DNA from: an uncultured Gemmatimonadales bacterium
Lineage (GTDB): Bacteria; Gemmatimonadota; Gemmatimonadetes; Longimicrobiales; RSA9
Reading direction: 5' to 3'
DNA: 64,000 bases
Assembly (NCBI GenBank): GCA_963798085.1
Contig: CAWCRS010000008.1
Coordinates: forward strand, 480,001-544,000
The notes under the pieces: generated by a model
Databases searched by the model: none
Told to the model about the DNA's origin: nothing
What the model saw: only the letters and a program-made list of their open reading frames with translations
Part shown: positions 20,885-30,940 of the stretch, in pieces
Layout: every line of letters begins with the position of its first letter
How positions within the stretch are numbered: position 1 is the stretch's first letter
Program-made: the position numbers and the translations under genes

Positions 20885-22576
20885 ATGGCGACCATGGAAC
20901 CGCTCATCGAGCCGGCAGCACACTCGCCTCCTGCAGCGCGCAGTCGGGCGCCCAGCATGCGTCAGGCCCTGGCGGGTGCGCTCGCGCTGGCGCTGATCTG
21001 CACTGGTGTGACCGCCATGGCCAGCCGGCGCAATTCGACGACGTTCGATGAGATCGTGCTGATGGCGGGCGGTGCGCGTGGCTGGGTGACCGGCGAATGG
21101 AACATCGCGCCCGAGCATCCGCCACTCATGCAGTACCTGTACGGGCTGCCCATTCACCTGACGCACCCGCAGCTGCCGGACGTCAAGGCCACACCCGACA
21201 GCAGCACCGTGCGCGACTTCAGCTTCCGCTATGTGTACTCGCGCGCCTTCTTCTGGGCCAGCGGCAACGATCCCGAGAAGCTGGCGTTCCTGGGTCGCAT
21301 GATGGGTGCGATCATGGCCGGTCTGCTGGTGCTGGCCGTTTTCGGTCTGGCGCAGCGCTTCGGTCCGCTGACAGCGCTGTCAGCAGCGGCGCTCACCGCG
21401 TTCCTGCCTGACGTGCTGGCACACGGCGGTGTGGCGTATAACGACCTGCCGCTGGCGCTGGGCTATGTGCTGGGCGTCTGGGCGCTGGATGCGGCCGTGC
21501 GCCGGCCCTCGCCGTTGCGCGGCGCCGTGGCCGGGCTCGCCCTGGCATTCGCGCTCGCGGTCAAGTTCAGCGCCGTGCTGCTGGCGCCGGTCGCGCTGCT
21601 GCTCATCGTGCTGGGCGCTGTCGCGCAGCCGCGAGCGGAGCACTGGTGGCGCGACCTGTCGCTGGCGGCGCTCGCGGCGCTGGCTGCCATGTACCTGGCG
21701 CTGGTGCTCGTCTATCGCGGCGATTTCACGCTGGCCGAGATGATGTACGGGCTGCGCTACACCTTCGGGCACGTCGAGCGCGGCCACGGCGCGCCGTCCT
21801 ACCTGCTGGGCAATCTCAGCGTGCGCGGCTGGTGGTACTTCTTCCCCGTGGCCTTCCTGCTGAAGACGCCCGCCGCGCTGCAGCTGCTGCTGCTCATGGC
21901 GCTGCTGGGCTTCGCGCGCACATGGCAGAAGACGAGCTGGCGCGCGCTCGCGGGCGCCGGGCTGCGTGCCCCGCTGATGGGCCTCGGCGTGTTCGCGTTC
22001 GTGCTGCTCACCTCGAATCTGGACATCGGATTCCGCTACGCGCTGCCGGCACTGCCGCTGCTCGCCATTGTCGTGGCGGCGGGCGTAACACGACTGTTTG
22101 CGGCCTCGGCGGCCAGCCCGCCGCTGCGCTACGGGCTGGCCGGACTGCTGCTCTGGTACGCCGGCTCGACGCTCTCGTACTATCCGGATTTCCTGGCGTA
22201 CACCAGCGAGTACGGACACAGTCGCCAGCGCGGCGATCTGCTGCTGCTGGACTCGAGCCTGGACTGGGGTCAGGGCCTGCTGGAACTGCGTGATTTCATG
22301 CGCGCGCGCCACATTGAGCGCGTGTACCTGAGCTATTTCGGCTCGGCCATGCCCGATGGCTACGGCATCCGCTACGTGGCGCTGCCCAGCTTCTACCCGC
22401 TGCCGCGCGGGCCGCGGCCGGTCGAGCTGCCGGAGTACGCCGTGATTTCGGCGACGAATCTGCACAGCGTGTATCTGCCCGGCGACCCGCTGAAGATGTT
22501 CCGCACACGCGAGCCGGATGCCGTGATCGCGCACAGCATGTTAGTGTACAGGGTCGGCAATGCGCCCGGAAACTGA
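20885..22576 (+). CDS. ArnT/PMT_2-family GT-C glycosyltransferase
   Basis: STTFDE acidic motif after TM1, EHPPL, LAHG...NDL, AVKFS, WWYFFPVAFLLKTP, IGFRYALP and DSSLDWGQ. Confidence 0.85.
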   Translation: MATMEPLIEPAAHSPPAARSRAPSMRQALAGALALALICTGVTAMASRRNSTTFDEIVLMAGGARGWVTGEWNIAPEHPPLMQYLYGLPIHLTHPQLPDVKATPDSSTVRDFSFRYVYSRAFFWASGNDPEKLAFLGRMMGAIMAGLLVLAVFGLAQRFGPLTALSAAALTAFLPDVLAHGGVAYNDLPLALGYVLGVWALDAAVRRPSPLRGAVAGLALAFALAVKFSAVLLAPVALLLIVLGAVAQPRAEHWWRDLSLAALAALAAMYLALVLVYRGDFTLAEMMYGLRYTFGHVERGHGAPSYLLGNLSVRGWWYFFPVAFLLKTPAALQLLLLMALLGFARTWQKTSWRALAGAGLRAPLMGLGVFAFVLLTSNLDIGFRYALPALPLLAIVVAAGVTRLFAASAASPPLRYGLAGLLLWYAGSTLSYYPDFLAYTSEYGHSRQRGDLLLLDSSLDWGQGLLELRDFMRARHIERVYLSYFGSAMPDGYGIRYVALPSFYPLPRGPRPVELPEYAVISATNLHSVYLPGDPLKMFRTREPDAVIAHSMLVYRVGNAPGN

Positions 22577-23294
22577 CTCGCCACCGCGTGCGCCGGAAGC
22601 CGCAGCACCGGGCTCGCCGGGCGATGATTTCGTCGCCTGGAACGAGACCATGGTGGAGCGCTACGACATCGAGCGCTACTATCAGACGGCGCATCCCATC
22701 GTGCGCTGGCTCGAGCAGCGGCGGCTGGCGGCGCTGCGCGCGCTGGCGGCGGCGCAGCCGGGCGAGCGCCTGCTGGAAGTGGGCTGCGGCGCGGGTCACG
22801 TGCTGGAGCAGTTCGCGGGCACGCGGCGCACCGGCATCGATCTCTCCGCGGGCATGATGCAGCGGGCGCGCCGTCGCCTGCAGCACGATGTCAGCCTGGC
22901 GCGCGCGGCGGCGGATCGGCTGCCGTTTGCCGATGGCGCATTCGACATTGTCGTGTGTACGGAAGTGCTGGAGCACGTGCCGGACCCCGGCGTCGTGATC
23001 GGCGAGCTGGTGCGTGTGGCGGGAACCGGCGGGCGCGTCGTCGTCTCCATTCCCAACGAGCGCAACATCGACCGCATCAAACGTGCGGTTCGCGCCATTC
23101 CGGTGGTACGCACGCTGCTGCGTACACTGGCTGCCGAAGGCAACGAATGGCACCTGCACCGCTTCGACCTGGCGCTGCTGCGGCGCATCGTGCTGGGCCG
23201 GGCCACAGTAGAGCGGGTGCGCGCCATTCCCGGGCGAGGACTGCCCCTGCGTTACGCGGCGCTGCTGCGCAGCGCACCGCAAAGGAGGAGTTAG
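22560..23294 (+). CDS. Class I SAM-dependent methyltransferase
   Basis: LLEVGCGAG, GIDLS and LPFADGAFDIVVCTEVLEHVPDP. Confidence 0.9.
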   Translation: MRPETDSPPRAPEAAAPGSPGDDFVAWNETMVERYDIERYYQTAHPIVRWLEQRRLAALRALAAAQPGERLLEVGCGAGHVLEQFAGTRRTGIDLSAGMMQRARRRLQHDVSLARAAADRLPFADGAFDIVVCTEVLEHVPDPGVVIGELVRVAGTGGRVVVSIPNERNIDRIKRAVRAIPVVRTLLRTLAAEGNEWHLHRFDLALLRRIVLGRATVERVRAIPGRGLPLRYAALLRSAPQRRS

Positions 23295-23295
23295 C

Positions 23296-24285
23296 ATGAC
23301 ACCTCCCACTACACTGCGCGTGCAGCCGGGCACGGAAGGCTCGGCCACGCGCCCCCGCATCTCCGTGGTGGTGCCCGTCTACAACGAGGCACTCAACGTG
23401 GCTGAGCTGTACCAGCGGCTCGACGCCGTGCTCACCGAGCCGGCCGAATTCATTTTCGTGGATGATGGCAGCACGGATGAAACGTACGAGCGCCTGGTCG
23501 AGCTGGCCGCCGGCGACGCCCGTCTGCGCATCATTCGTTTCCGCCGCAATTTCGGACAGACGGCCGCGCTCTCCGCCGGCATCGACCACGCGCGTGGCGA
23601 GATCATCGTGCCCATGGATGGCGACCTGCAGAACGATCCGCGCGACATTCCTCGCCTGATCGAGAAGCTGGATGAGGGCTACGACGTGGTCAGCGGCTGG
23701 CGCGTGAAACGGCAGGACGCGTTCCGCCGGCGCCTGCCTTCGCAGATCGCCAACCGCATGATCTCCTGGATCTCGGGGGTTCGCCTGCACGACTACGGCT
23801 GCTCGCTCAAGGCGTACCGCCACAGCGTGCTGGAAGATGTGCGGCTCTATGGCGAGATGCACCGCTTCGTGCCCATCTACGCCAGCTGGCAGGGTGCGCG
23901 GGTCACCGAGATGGCGGTGGATCATCACCCGCGCACGCGGGGCAAGTCCAACTACGGCATCGAGCGCACCGTGAAAGTCGTGCTCGATCTCATTGTCGTG
24001 AAATTCCTGTCGTCGTATGCGACGAAGCCGATCTACGTCTTCGGTGGTTTTGGCGTGCTTTCCTTCCTGCTCTCGCTCATGGCCTTCGCGCTCATGGTCT
24101 ACTTCAAGTACTGGGGCGGGAAGACCTTCATCCAGACGCCGCTGCCCCTGGTGGTCGTGATGTTCTTCCTGGTGGGCTGCCTGAGCGTGCTGCTGGGCCT
24201 GGTCGCGGAGCTGTCCGTGCGCACGTACTACGAATCGCAGGGCAAGCGCACGTACGCCATCCGCTCCATCGAGGGCGGCTCATGA
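23296..24285 (+). CDS. GT2 ArnC/GtrB-like undecaprenyl-phosphate glycosyltransferase with two C-terminal TMs
   Basis: SVVVPVYNE, VDDGSTD, RNFGQTAA, MDGDLQNDP, HDYGCSLKAYR, LYGEMHRFVP and two hydrophobic C-terminal helices. Confidence 0.9.
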   Translation: MTPPTTLRVQPGTEGSATRPRISVVVPVYNEALNVAELYQRLDAVLTEPAEFIFVDDGSTDETYERLVELAAGDARLRIIRFRRNFGQTAALSAGIDHARGEIIVPMDGDLQNDPRDIPRLIEKLDEGYDVVSGWRVKRQDAFRRRLPSQIANRMISWISGVRLHDYGCSLKAYRHSVLEDVRLYGEMHRFVPIYASWQGARVTEMAVDHHPRTRGKSNYGIERTVKVVLDLIVVKFLSSYATKPIYVFGGFGVLSFLLSLMAFALMVYFKYWGGKTFIQTPLPLVVVMFFLVGCLSVLLGLVAELSVRTYYESQGKRTYAIRSIEGGS

Positions 24286-25295
24286 GGGAGCGTCTCGTTC
24301 CCTACCTGATGTGCCCCGCATGCGAGGGCGATCTCGATCTGCGCGCCCGCCGTCGCGACGGCGAGCATGTCATGGAAGGCTCGCTGGCCTGCGCTGCGTG
24401 CGGCCAGGAATGGCCCGTGCGCGGCGGTATTCCCCGGCTTGCTGCCGCCGTGGCCGCACTGGAAGAGCGCACGGCCGACGCCTTCGGCTACGAATGGCTG
24501 CGCTACAACGAGCTGGCACAGCGGTATCGCCAGCAGTTCCTGGACTGGATCCGACCGGTGGACGCCTCGTTCTTTGCGGGCCGCACCGTGCTCGAGGGCG
24601 GCTGCGGCAAGGGCCGTCATACGGCGTTAGCGGCGGAGTTCGGCGCGCGCGATGTCGTGGCCATCGACCTGGGCGTGGCGGTGGAGAGCGCATTCGCCAA
24701 CACACGTCATCTGCCCAATGCACACATCGTGCAGGCCGATCTCAAACGTCCACCCGTGAAGCGCGTATTCGACTACGCGTTTTCGATCGGCGTGCTGCAC
24801 CATCTGCCCGAGCCGGAGGCGGGATTCCGCGCGCTGGTGTCGCGGCTGCGGCCGGGCGGCTCCATCTCGGCGTGGGTATACGGCCGTGAAGGCAACGGCT
24901 GGATCGTGCACATGGTCTCGCCCATCCGCGAGCGCGTCACCTCGCACATGCCGCACGCACCGCTCGACGTGCTGTCCGCGCTGCTCACCGTGCCGCTGTT
25001 TCTGGCGACGAAGCTCGTCTACGGTCCGTTCCGCGGGAAGCTGCTCGGGATGAAGCTGCCGTACGGCGAGTATCTCGCGTACATCGCGGCGTTTCCCTGG
25101 CGCGAGCAGCGCTCCATCGTGTTCGATCACCTGGTCGCGCCCGTCGCGTACTACATACGGCGCGAGGAGTTCGCGCAGTGGTTCGCGCGTGCCGGCCTGG
25201 AGAACCCGCGCATCGAGCATCACAACAGCAACAGCTGGCGCGGCTTCGCGCAGGTGCCGGCCGCGCGCCAGGCGCCCGTCAGCGCCGCGACGTAG
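24282..25295 (+). CDS. Trm112-like zinc domain fused to class I SAM methyltransferase
   Basis: N-terminal LMCPACEGDL...LACAACGQEWPVRGGIPRL, then AFGYEW, VLEGGCGKGRH and SIGVLHHLP. Confidence 0.85.
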   Translation: MRERLVPYLMCPACEGDLDLRARRRDGEHVMEGSLACAACGQEWPVRGGIPRLAAAVAALEERTADAFGYEWLRYNELAQRYRQQFLDWIRPVDASFFAGRTVLEGGCGKGRHTALAAEFGARDVVAIDLGVAVESAFANTRHLPNAHIVQADLKRPPVKRVFDYAFSIGVLHHLPEPEAGFRALVSRLRPGGSISAWVYGREGNGWIVHMVSPIRERVTSHMPHAPLDVLSALLTVPLFLATKLVYGPFRGKLLGMKLPYGEYLAYIAAFPWREQRSIVFDHLVAPVAYYIRREEFAQWFARAGLENPRIEHHNSNSWRGFAQVPAARQAPVSAAT

Positions 25296-25303
25296 CCAGC
25301 CCC

Positions 25304-27232
25304 ATGTGCGGCATTGCAGGCTACGCGGCGCTCGACCCTCGCCGGCCACTGGATCCCGGGCCGGTGCGCGCCATGCTGCGCTGTCTCGCGCACCGCGGCC
25401 CCGACGATGAAGGCGTGCACTGCGCGCCGGGCATCGTACTGGGACATCGTCGGCTGTCCGTCATCGACCTGAGCGGCGGCCACCAGCCGCTCTTCGGCGT
25501 CACCGAGCAGACCGCGATCATCGCCAACGGCGAGATCTACAACTACCGCGAGCTGCGGCTCGATCTGGAGCGGCGAGGCCACCGTTTCCGCACCGCATCG
25601 GACACGGAAGTCGCGGCGCACGCCTACGACGCGTGGGGCCTCGACTTCCTCGAGCGGCTGGACGGCATGTTCGCGCTGGCCCTCTGGGATGGCGCGCGCC
25701 GCCGGCTGGTGCTGGCGCGCGATCGTCTGGGCGAGAAGCCGCTCTTCTGGACCCTGACAGACGGTTTGCTGCTGTTCGGTTCCGAGCTGACCGCGCTCAC
25801 GGCGCACCCGGCCGTGTCGCAGGAAATCGCGCCGGCGTCGCTCTCCGCGTACCTGGCGCTCGAGTACGTACCGGCGCCCGACACCATCCTGAAGGGCGTG
25901 TGCAAGCTGGAGCCGGGCGCCATGCTGGTGCTGGAGAACGGGCGCGCGCAGCAGAAAGCGTACTGGCGCCTGGACCCGCGTGTGCGACAGCCCGTGCCGC
26001 CGTACGCCGAGGCCGTGCGCACGCTGCGCCGGCATCTGGAGCACGCGGTGGAGTCGCGGCTGGTCAGCGATGTGCCGCTGGGCATCTTCCTCTCGGGTGG
26101 CATCGATTCCAGCACGGTGGCGGCGCTGGCGGCAAGGGCGGGCGCACTGGAGACGTTCTCGATCGGCTTCGAGGAAGCCAGCTTCGACGAGAGTCGCTGG
26201 GCAAGGGAAGTGGCGCAGCGCATCGGCAGCCGGCACCACGAGCGCGTGGTGCGCGGCAGCGAGATGGCGGAGCTGGTGCCCGGCCTGGGGCGCATGCTGG
26301 ACGAGCCGCTGGGCGACGCTTCCATTCTGCCTACCTCGGTGTTAGCGCGCTTCGCACGCGAGCACGTGACCGTGGCCCTGGGCGGCGATGCCGGCGATGA
26401 GCTGTTCGCGGGCTATCCCATGCACCAGGCGCAGCGCGTGGCCCGCTGGGCGAGGCTGCTGCCGTCGCCGCTGCACCGCGCCGCGGACGCAGTGGCCGCT
26501 CGCCTGCCCGTCTCGCATGGCAACTTCTCGACCGTTTTCCGGCTGCGCTCGTTCCTGCGTGGCTCGGCGGCGAGCCCGCCGTTCAATCACGCGCTCTGGA
26601 TGTCCTCGTTCTCCCCCGCGGAGCAGGACGCGCTGCTCGAGCCGGAGGTGCGCGCCGCAGCGGATCCGGAGGGCGCGGCACTGCTCGCCTTCCGGCGCGC
26701 GTGGCAGGCCTCGGCCGGCGCGCCCCTGCTCGCGCGTGCGGGACATCTCGATGCCATGACCTATCTGGCGAACGACATCCTGATGAAGGTCGACCGCGCC
26801 AGCATGGCGGTGGCGCTCGAGGTGCGCGCGCCGTTCCTGGCGACGGATGTCGTGGAATTCGCATTCTCGCTGCCCGATGCGTATCGCATGCGCGGGCTCA
26901 CGGGCAAACGCATCCTGCGTGATGCGGTGCGCGATCTGCTGCCGGAAAGCGTGCTGGCGCGGCCCAAGAAAGGCTTCGGCATGCCGGTCGCCGCCTGGCT
27001 CAACGGCCCGTTGCGCTCGCTCGCCGGCGATATGCTGGCGCCGGCAAGGCTGCGCAGCGCCGGCTGGTTCCGTGCCGACGTCGTCAGTGGCATGCTGCGC
27101 GATCACGCGGCGGGCCGGGCCGATCTGCGCAAGCCGCTCTGGACGCTGCTCATCTTCGAGCTGTGGCGCGAGCAGCACCTGGGCGCCCGCTCCGCCTCGC
27201 CGGAAGCGCTGCCGCTTTCCGTTTCCGCATGA
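25304..27232 (+). CDS. asnB: Asparagine synthase (glutamine-hydrolysing)-family amidotransferase, probably glycan-modifying
   Basis: N-terminal MCGIAG, HRGPD, NGEIYNYRELR, FLSGGIDSS, GDELFAGY, KVDRASM and RPKKGF. Confidence 0.92.
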   Translation: MCGIAGYAALDPRRPLDPGPVRAMLRCLAHRGPDDEGVHCAPGIVLGHRRLSVIDLSGGHQPLFGVTEQTAIIANGEIYNYRELRLDLERRGHRFRTASDTEVAAHAYDAWGLDFLERLDGMFALALWDGARRRLVLARDRLGEKPLFWTLTDGLLLFGSELTALTAHPAVSQEIAPASLSAYLALEYVPAPDTILKGVCKLEPGAMLVLENGRAQQKAYWRLDPRVRQPVPPYAEAVRTLRRHLEHAVESRLVSDVPLGIFLSGGIDSSTVAALAARAGALETFSIGFEEASFDESRWAREVAQRIGSRHHERVVRGSEMAELVPGLGRMLDEPLGDASILPTSVLARFAREHVTVALGGDAGDELFAGYPMHQAQRVARWARLLPSPLHRAADAVAARLPVSHGNFSTVFRLRSFLRGSAASPPFNHALWMSSFSPAEQDALLEPEVRAAADPEGAALLAFRRAWQASAGAPLLARAGHLDAMTYLANDILMKVDRASMAVALEVRAPFLATDVVEFAFSLPDAYRMRGLTGKRILRDAVRDLLPESVLARPKKGFGMPVAAWLNGPLRSLAGDMLAPARLRSAGWFRADVVSGMLRDHAAGRADLRKPLWTLLIFELWREQHLGARSASPEALPLSVSA

Positions 27233-28872
27233 AACCGCAGCCCGAGGTGCGCACGTCCGTCGGTGCCCTGGCTGTCGTCATGATGGCCATCGTGCTGTAC
27301 GCCATCGCGCTGCGTAACGGCTTCGCCTACGACGACGTGCCCATCATTCTGGGCAATGCGCGGATTCAGTCCTTCAGCCAGTGGCCTGCCATCTTCACGG
27401 GCGGCTACTGGAGAGACGCCGACCTGGCGCTCTGGCGTCCGCTGACGACGCTGAGCTTCGCGCTGGACTGGTCCATCGCCGGGAATTCGGCGGCCTGGTT
27501 TCACTTCACGAATGTGTTGCTGCACGCGGGCGCCAGCCTGTTCGCGTTCCTGCTGCTGACGCGGTTCTTCTCGCCGGCGGCCGCGCTCGCGGGCGGACTG
27601 CTCTTCGCCGCGCACCCTGTGCACGTGGAAGCCGTGGCCAATGTCGTGGGTCGCGCCGAGCTGCTCTCGGGCGCATTCTTCCTGGCCTGCTGCCTGGCAT
27701 GGACGGCGCCGTCGGGCGAGCCTGGGCCGCGCTCGCGCGCGCAGGTGCTGCTCATAACAGCGCTGTTCGCGCTGGCGCTGCTCTCCAAGGAGGGCGCCAT
27801 CACGCTGCCCGCGGCGCTGCTGCTGATCGACGCGGCGCGGGGCGAGCTGCGGCTGCGCAGCGCCGGTGCATGGCTGCGGCGCAATGCGCTGGCGCTGGGC
27901 GCCATCGCCGTTGCCACGGTGCTGTACCTGGTGGCCCGGTATGCCGTGCTCGGCGCATTCACGCCGACCCGCGTGGATCCGTTGCTCGAAGTGGCGGCAT
28001 CACCGGGCACGCGCGTGCTCACCGCGCTGCAGACCTGGCCCGTGTACCTGCGTCTTCTGTTCTTCCCCATGACACTGCTCGCGGATTACGGACCGCGTAT
28101 TCTCGAGCCGGCCAGCCGTCTCACGACAGGCGGCGCGGTGGGGCTGGTGCTGCTCGCAGGCTGTGTGCTGGGCGGCGTGGCCGCACTCGCGCGCGGCGCC
28201 GGACGGACGGGTCTGGGACTGCTCTGGTTCCCGCTGACCATACTGCCCGTTTCCAATCTGCTCGTGCCCATTGGCGTGCTGGTCGCGGAGCGCACGTTGT
28301 ACGTGCCTTGCCTGGCAGCGGCCATTGCCGTTGCGGGGGCGGTGGAAGTGCTGTCGCTGGTGTCGCCCGCAGCGCGACCCGCCGTGCGTGCCGCGCTGAC
28401 GGCGGTGTTAGCGGCCTGCGCGCTGCGCGTGGTGACGCGCGTGCCGGAGTGGAAGTCGACGAACAGCATCCTGGTGGCGCTGGTGCGCGACCGACCGGAC
28501 GCGTTCCGCGGGCACTGGCACCTGGCACGAATGGCGAGGGACGCCGACGACGTGGCCGGGGCCGTGGCGCAGTACGACACGGCGGTCGCGCTCTGGCCGC
28601 ACCGCGAACGGCTGGTCATGGAAGCCGCCACGTACGCGGTGGACAAGGGCCGGCCTCGCCGGGCGTTGGTGCTGGCGGCGCTGGCCGCACGGCAGTGGCC
28701 CGCGGACGTCAACGCGCAGCGCCTGCTGGCCGCCGTCGCGCTGGATGCGGCGGACACGGCCACGGCATTGCATGCGCTGCACGATGGCCTCGCCGCGTCA
28801 CCGCAGGACGCGACGCTGCTGCAAATGCGGGCGGCGCTCGACTCCGCCCAACACAGGATTACGCACCAGTGA
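27229..28872 (+). CDS. TMTC/DUF1736-like GT-C glycosyltransferase with C-terminal TPR-like helices (copy 1)
   Basis: FAYDD, WRPLT, FHFTNVLLH, FAAHPVHVEAVANVVGRAELL, SKEGA, AERTLYVP and RVPEWKS. ATG overlaps the asnB TGA. Confidence 0.85.
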   Translation: MKPQPEVRTSVGALAVVMMAIVLYAIALRNGFAYDDVPIILGNARIQSFSQWPAIFTGGYWRDADLALWRPLTTLSFALDWSIAGNSAAWFHFTNVLLHAGASLFAFLLLTRFFSPAAALAGGLLFAAHPVHVEAVANVVGRAELLSGAFFLACCLAWTAPSGEPGPRSRAQVLLITALFALALLSKEGAITLPAALLLIDAARGELRLRSAGAWLRRNALALGAIAVATVLYLVARYAVLGAFTPTRVDPLLEVAASPGTRVLTALQTWPVYLRLLFFPMTLLADYGPRILEPASRLTTGGAVGLVLLAGCVLGGVAALARGAGRTGLGLLWFPLTILPVSNLLVPIGVLVAERTLYVPCLAAAIAVAGAVEVLSLVSPAARPAVRAALTAVLAACALRVVTRVPEWKSTNSILVALVRDRPDAFRGHWHLARMARDADDVAGAVAQYDTAVALWPHRERLVMEAATYAVDKGRPRRALVLAALAARQWPADVNAQRLLAAVALDAADTATALHALHDGLAASPQDATLLQMRAALDSAQHRITHQ

Positions 28873-30848
28873 GCGCGCGCGCTGGCCGCCGGCTGCAGGA
28901 GCTGATGGTGGCGCTCGTGGCGTTTGCCACGTACGCCAATTCGCTGGCCAATCAGTTCGCGCTGGACGACAACTCGATCATTGCGACCAACGGGCGCGTG
29001 CACCAGCTGGCGCACCAGTCGCTCATCTGGCTGACACCGTACTGGCCCGGATACGGCCAGCACCTGGGTCTCTACCGGCCCCTCACCATCTTCGGCTACG
29101 CGCTGCAGTGGGCCGCGGGCGGCGGCGGCGGTCTGGCCTTTCACGCGGTGAGCATTGTACTGCACATCGTCGTCTGCATCCTGGTGCTGGCGCTGCTGCG
29201 ACGCATGGCAACACCCGGCGCGGCGCTGCTGGGCGCACTGCTGTTCGCCGTGCACCCGCTGCACACCGAAGTCGTGGCCAATGTGGTGGGTCAGGCGGAG
29301 CTGATCGCCGCGGCCGCGGTCCTGGGCGCCTGCCTGCTCCACATCGACCGCACGGACAATGTCCGCGGCAGCGGCCGCACGGCGGCCATCGTGCTGCTCT
29401 TCGTGCTCGGTCTGCTGGCCAAGGAGGGCGCAGTCGTGCTGCCGGGACTGCTGGTGGCGCTGGATTTCGGCATGTCGCGCGTCCGTCCCGTGCGCGCCAG
29501 CCTGCAGCGCTACGCCGGCGGGCAGTTCTGGCTCTTCTTCGCGCTGCTCGCTGCGCTCGCGGCCTACCTGCTCCTGCGCATCGCCGTGCTGGGTTCCATC
29601 GGCGGCGTCAATGCGGCGCCTAACCTGCCGTTTCTGCGGCATGGACACCGTTTCCTCTCCGCCCTGCGCGCGTGGCCCGAGTACGCGCGGCTGCTGGTAT
29701 TTCCGATCGACCTGGTGTCGGACTACTCGCCCGGTGTAGTGCTGCCGGTCGAGCACCTGTCGCCCATGGTGCTGCTGGGCGCACTCTTGCTCGCGGGCAC
29801 TCTGGCGCTGTTTCTGGCGACGCCCTGGGTACGCCGCGCCGGCCTGCCCGCCGCCTGGTTCTTCATCTCCGTGTTCCCGGTTTCCAACCTGCTGCTGCCC
29901 ATCGGCGTACTGCTCGCCGAACGCATTCTCTATCTCCCCAGCGTAGCGCTCTCCATGGCGCTGGCCTTTGCGTGGGATCATTACCGTGCGCGTTTCACAG
30001 CGCGCGATCTGCGTCTGGCGGTGGGCGCCTTGTCGGCGGCGCTGCTGGCATTGGGGGTGCGCTCCGTGCTGCGCAACCCGGACTGGAAGGACACGGATGC
30101 AGTGTGGGACGCCATCGTGCGGGACCACCCCGAGTCGTATCGCTCGCAGTGGGTGAACGGATATCGCATGGCGCAGCGCGGCAACAGACAGCTGGCGCGC
30201 GGCTACTTCGAGATCGCCTACCGACTCTGGCCCGATGATGAAGTGCTGCTCGACAACCTCGCCGGCGTCTACGTCGAGCTGCGCGAGTACGAGCGCGCCG
30301 TTCCCGTGCTGGAGCACGCGCGCGCCATCAGCGACATCATTGATAACACCGAGCTATTGCTGGCCTGCGCGTACCTGGGCACGCAGCGCTGGGCCGACGC
30401 GCTGGACGCCAGCATCCGCGCCGATCGCCTGAACGGCGATCGCGCCACCGTCTTCGCGCTCCGCGCGCAGGCCTACGAAGGGGAAGTGCGCTACGACTGG
30501 GCCGCCGGCGCATGGCGAGTCGCGGCCCGCCAGCGCCACGGCAACATCCCCACGTTCTGGCTGATGCTGGCGCGTGACCTCGCACGCACCCAGCACCCGA
30601 CCGCGGCCCTCGCCGCCATCGACACGGCGCGCAGTCTGATTCCGGCCACCGGCCGCCAGCTGCAGGCGACCGCGGACTCGCTGGCCGGCGCGGTCGCCGC
30701 GCACTGCTTCTCCACTACTGCCCCAACCATCCATTCCGGCGCCCCGCCGGCTGCCGCACCATGTGCCGACCCGCTCGCTGCCTGGCCGATCGTCGTGCCG
30801 TGGACTGCGCAGGAAGTTGCCAACCCCTTGCAAAATGCCACTAAGTAA
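28869..30848 (+). CDS. TMTC/DUF1736-like GT-C glycosyltransferase with C-terminal TPRs (copy 2)
   Basis: FALDD, YRPLT, FHAVSIVLH, FAVHPLHTEVVANVVGQAEL, AKEGA, AERILYLPS, RNPDWKD and TPR-like NLAGVY...YERAVPVLEHA. GTG overlaps the upstream TGA. Confidence 0.85.
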   Translation: MSARAGRRLQELMVALVAFATYANSLANQFALDDNSIIATNGRVHQLAHQSLIWLTPYWPGYGQHLGLYRPLTIFGYALQWAAGGGGGLAFHAVSIVLHIVVCILVLALLRRMATPGAALLGALLFAVHPLHTEVVANVVGQAELIAAAAVLGACLLHIDRTDNVRGSGRTAAIVLLFVLGLLAKEGAVVLPGLLVALDFGMSRVRPVRASLQRYAGGQFWLFFALLAALAAYLLLRIAVLGSIGGVNAAPNLPFLRHGHRFLSALRAWPEYARLLVFPIDLVSDYSPGVVLPVEHLSPMVLLGALLLAGTLALFLATPWVRRAGLPAAWFFISVFPVSNLLLPIGVLLAERILYLPSVALSMALAFAWDHYRARFTARDLRLAVGALSAALLALGVRSVLRNPDWKDTDAVWDAIVRDHPESYRSQWVNGYRMAQRGNRQLARGYFEIAYRLWPDDEVLLDNLAGVYVELREYERAVPVLEHARAISDIIDNTELLLACAYLGTQRWADALDASIRADRLNGDRATVFALRAQAYEGEVRYDWAAGAWRVAARQRHGNIPTFWLMLARDLARTQHPTAALAAIDTARSLIPATGRQLQATADSLAGAVAAHCFSTTAPTIHSGAPPAAAPCADPLAAWPIVVPWTAQEVANPLQNATK

Positions 30849-30940
30849 CGGGCTGTTGGGGCTGGCGGTGCCGTTGCTGAGATTCACGTAAAATCAGGGT
30901 GTTCAAGTAGTTACGGTAGTCCGACCAGGGCGGGACCGGG

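Noticed and set aside
27381..28868. N-terminal ~496 aa of the 1155-aa ORF
   Set aside because: Arg/Ala/Gly-rich off-frame shadow of the first TMTC-like gene. The real second gene starts at GTG 28869.
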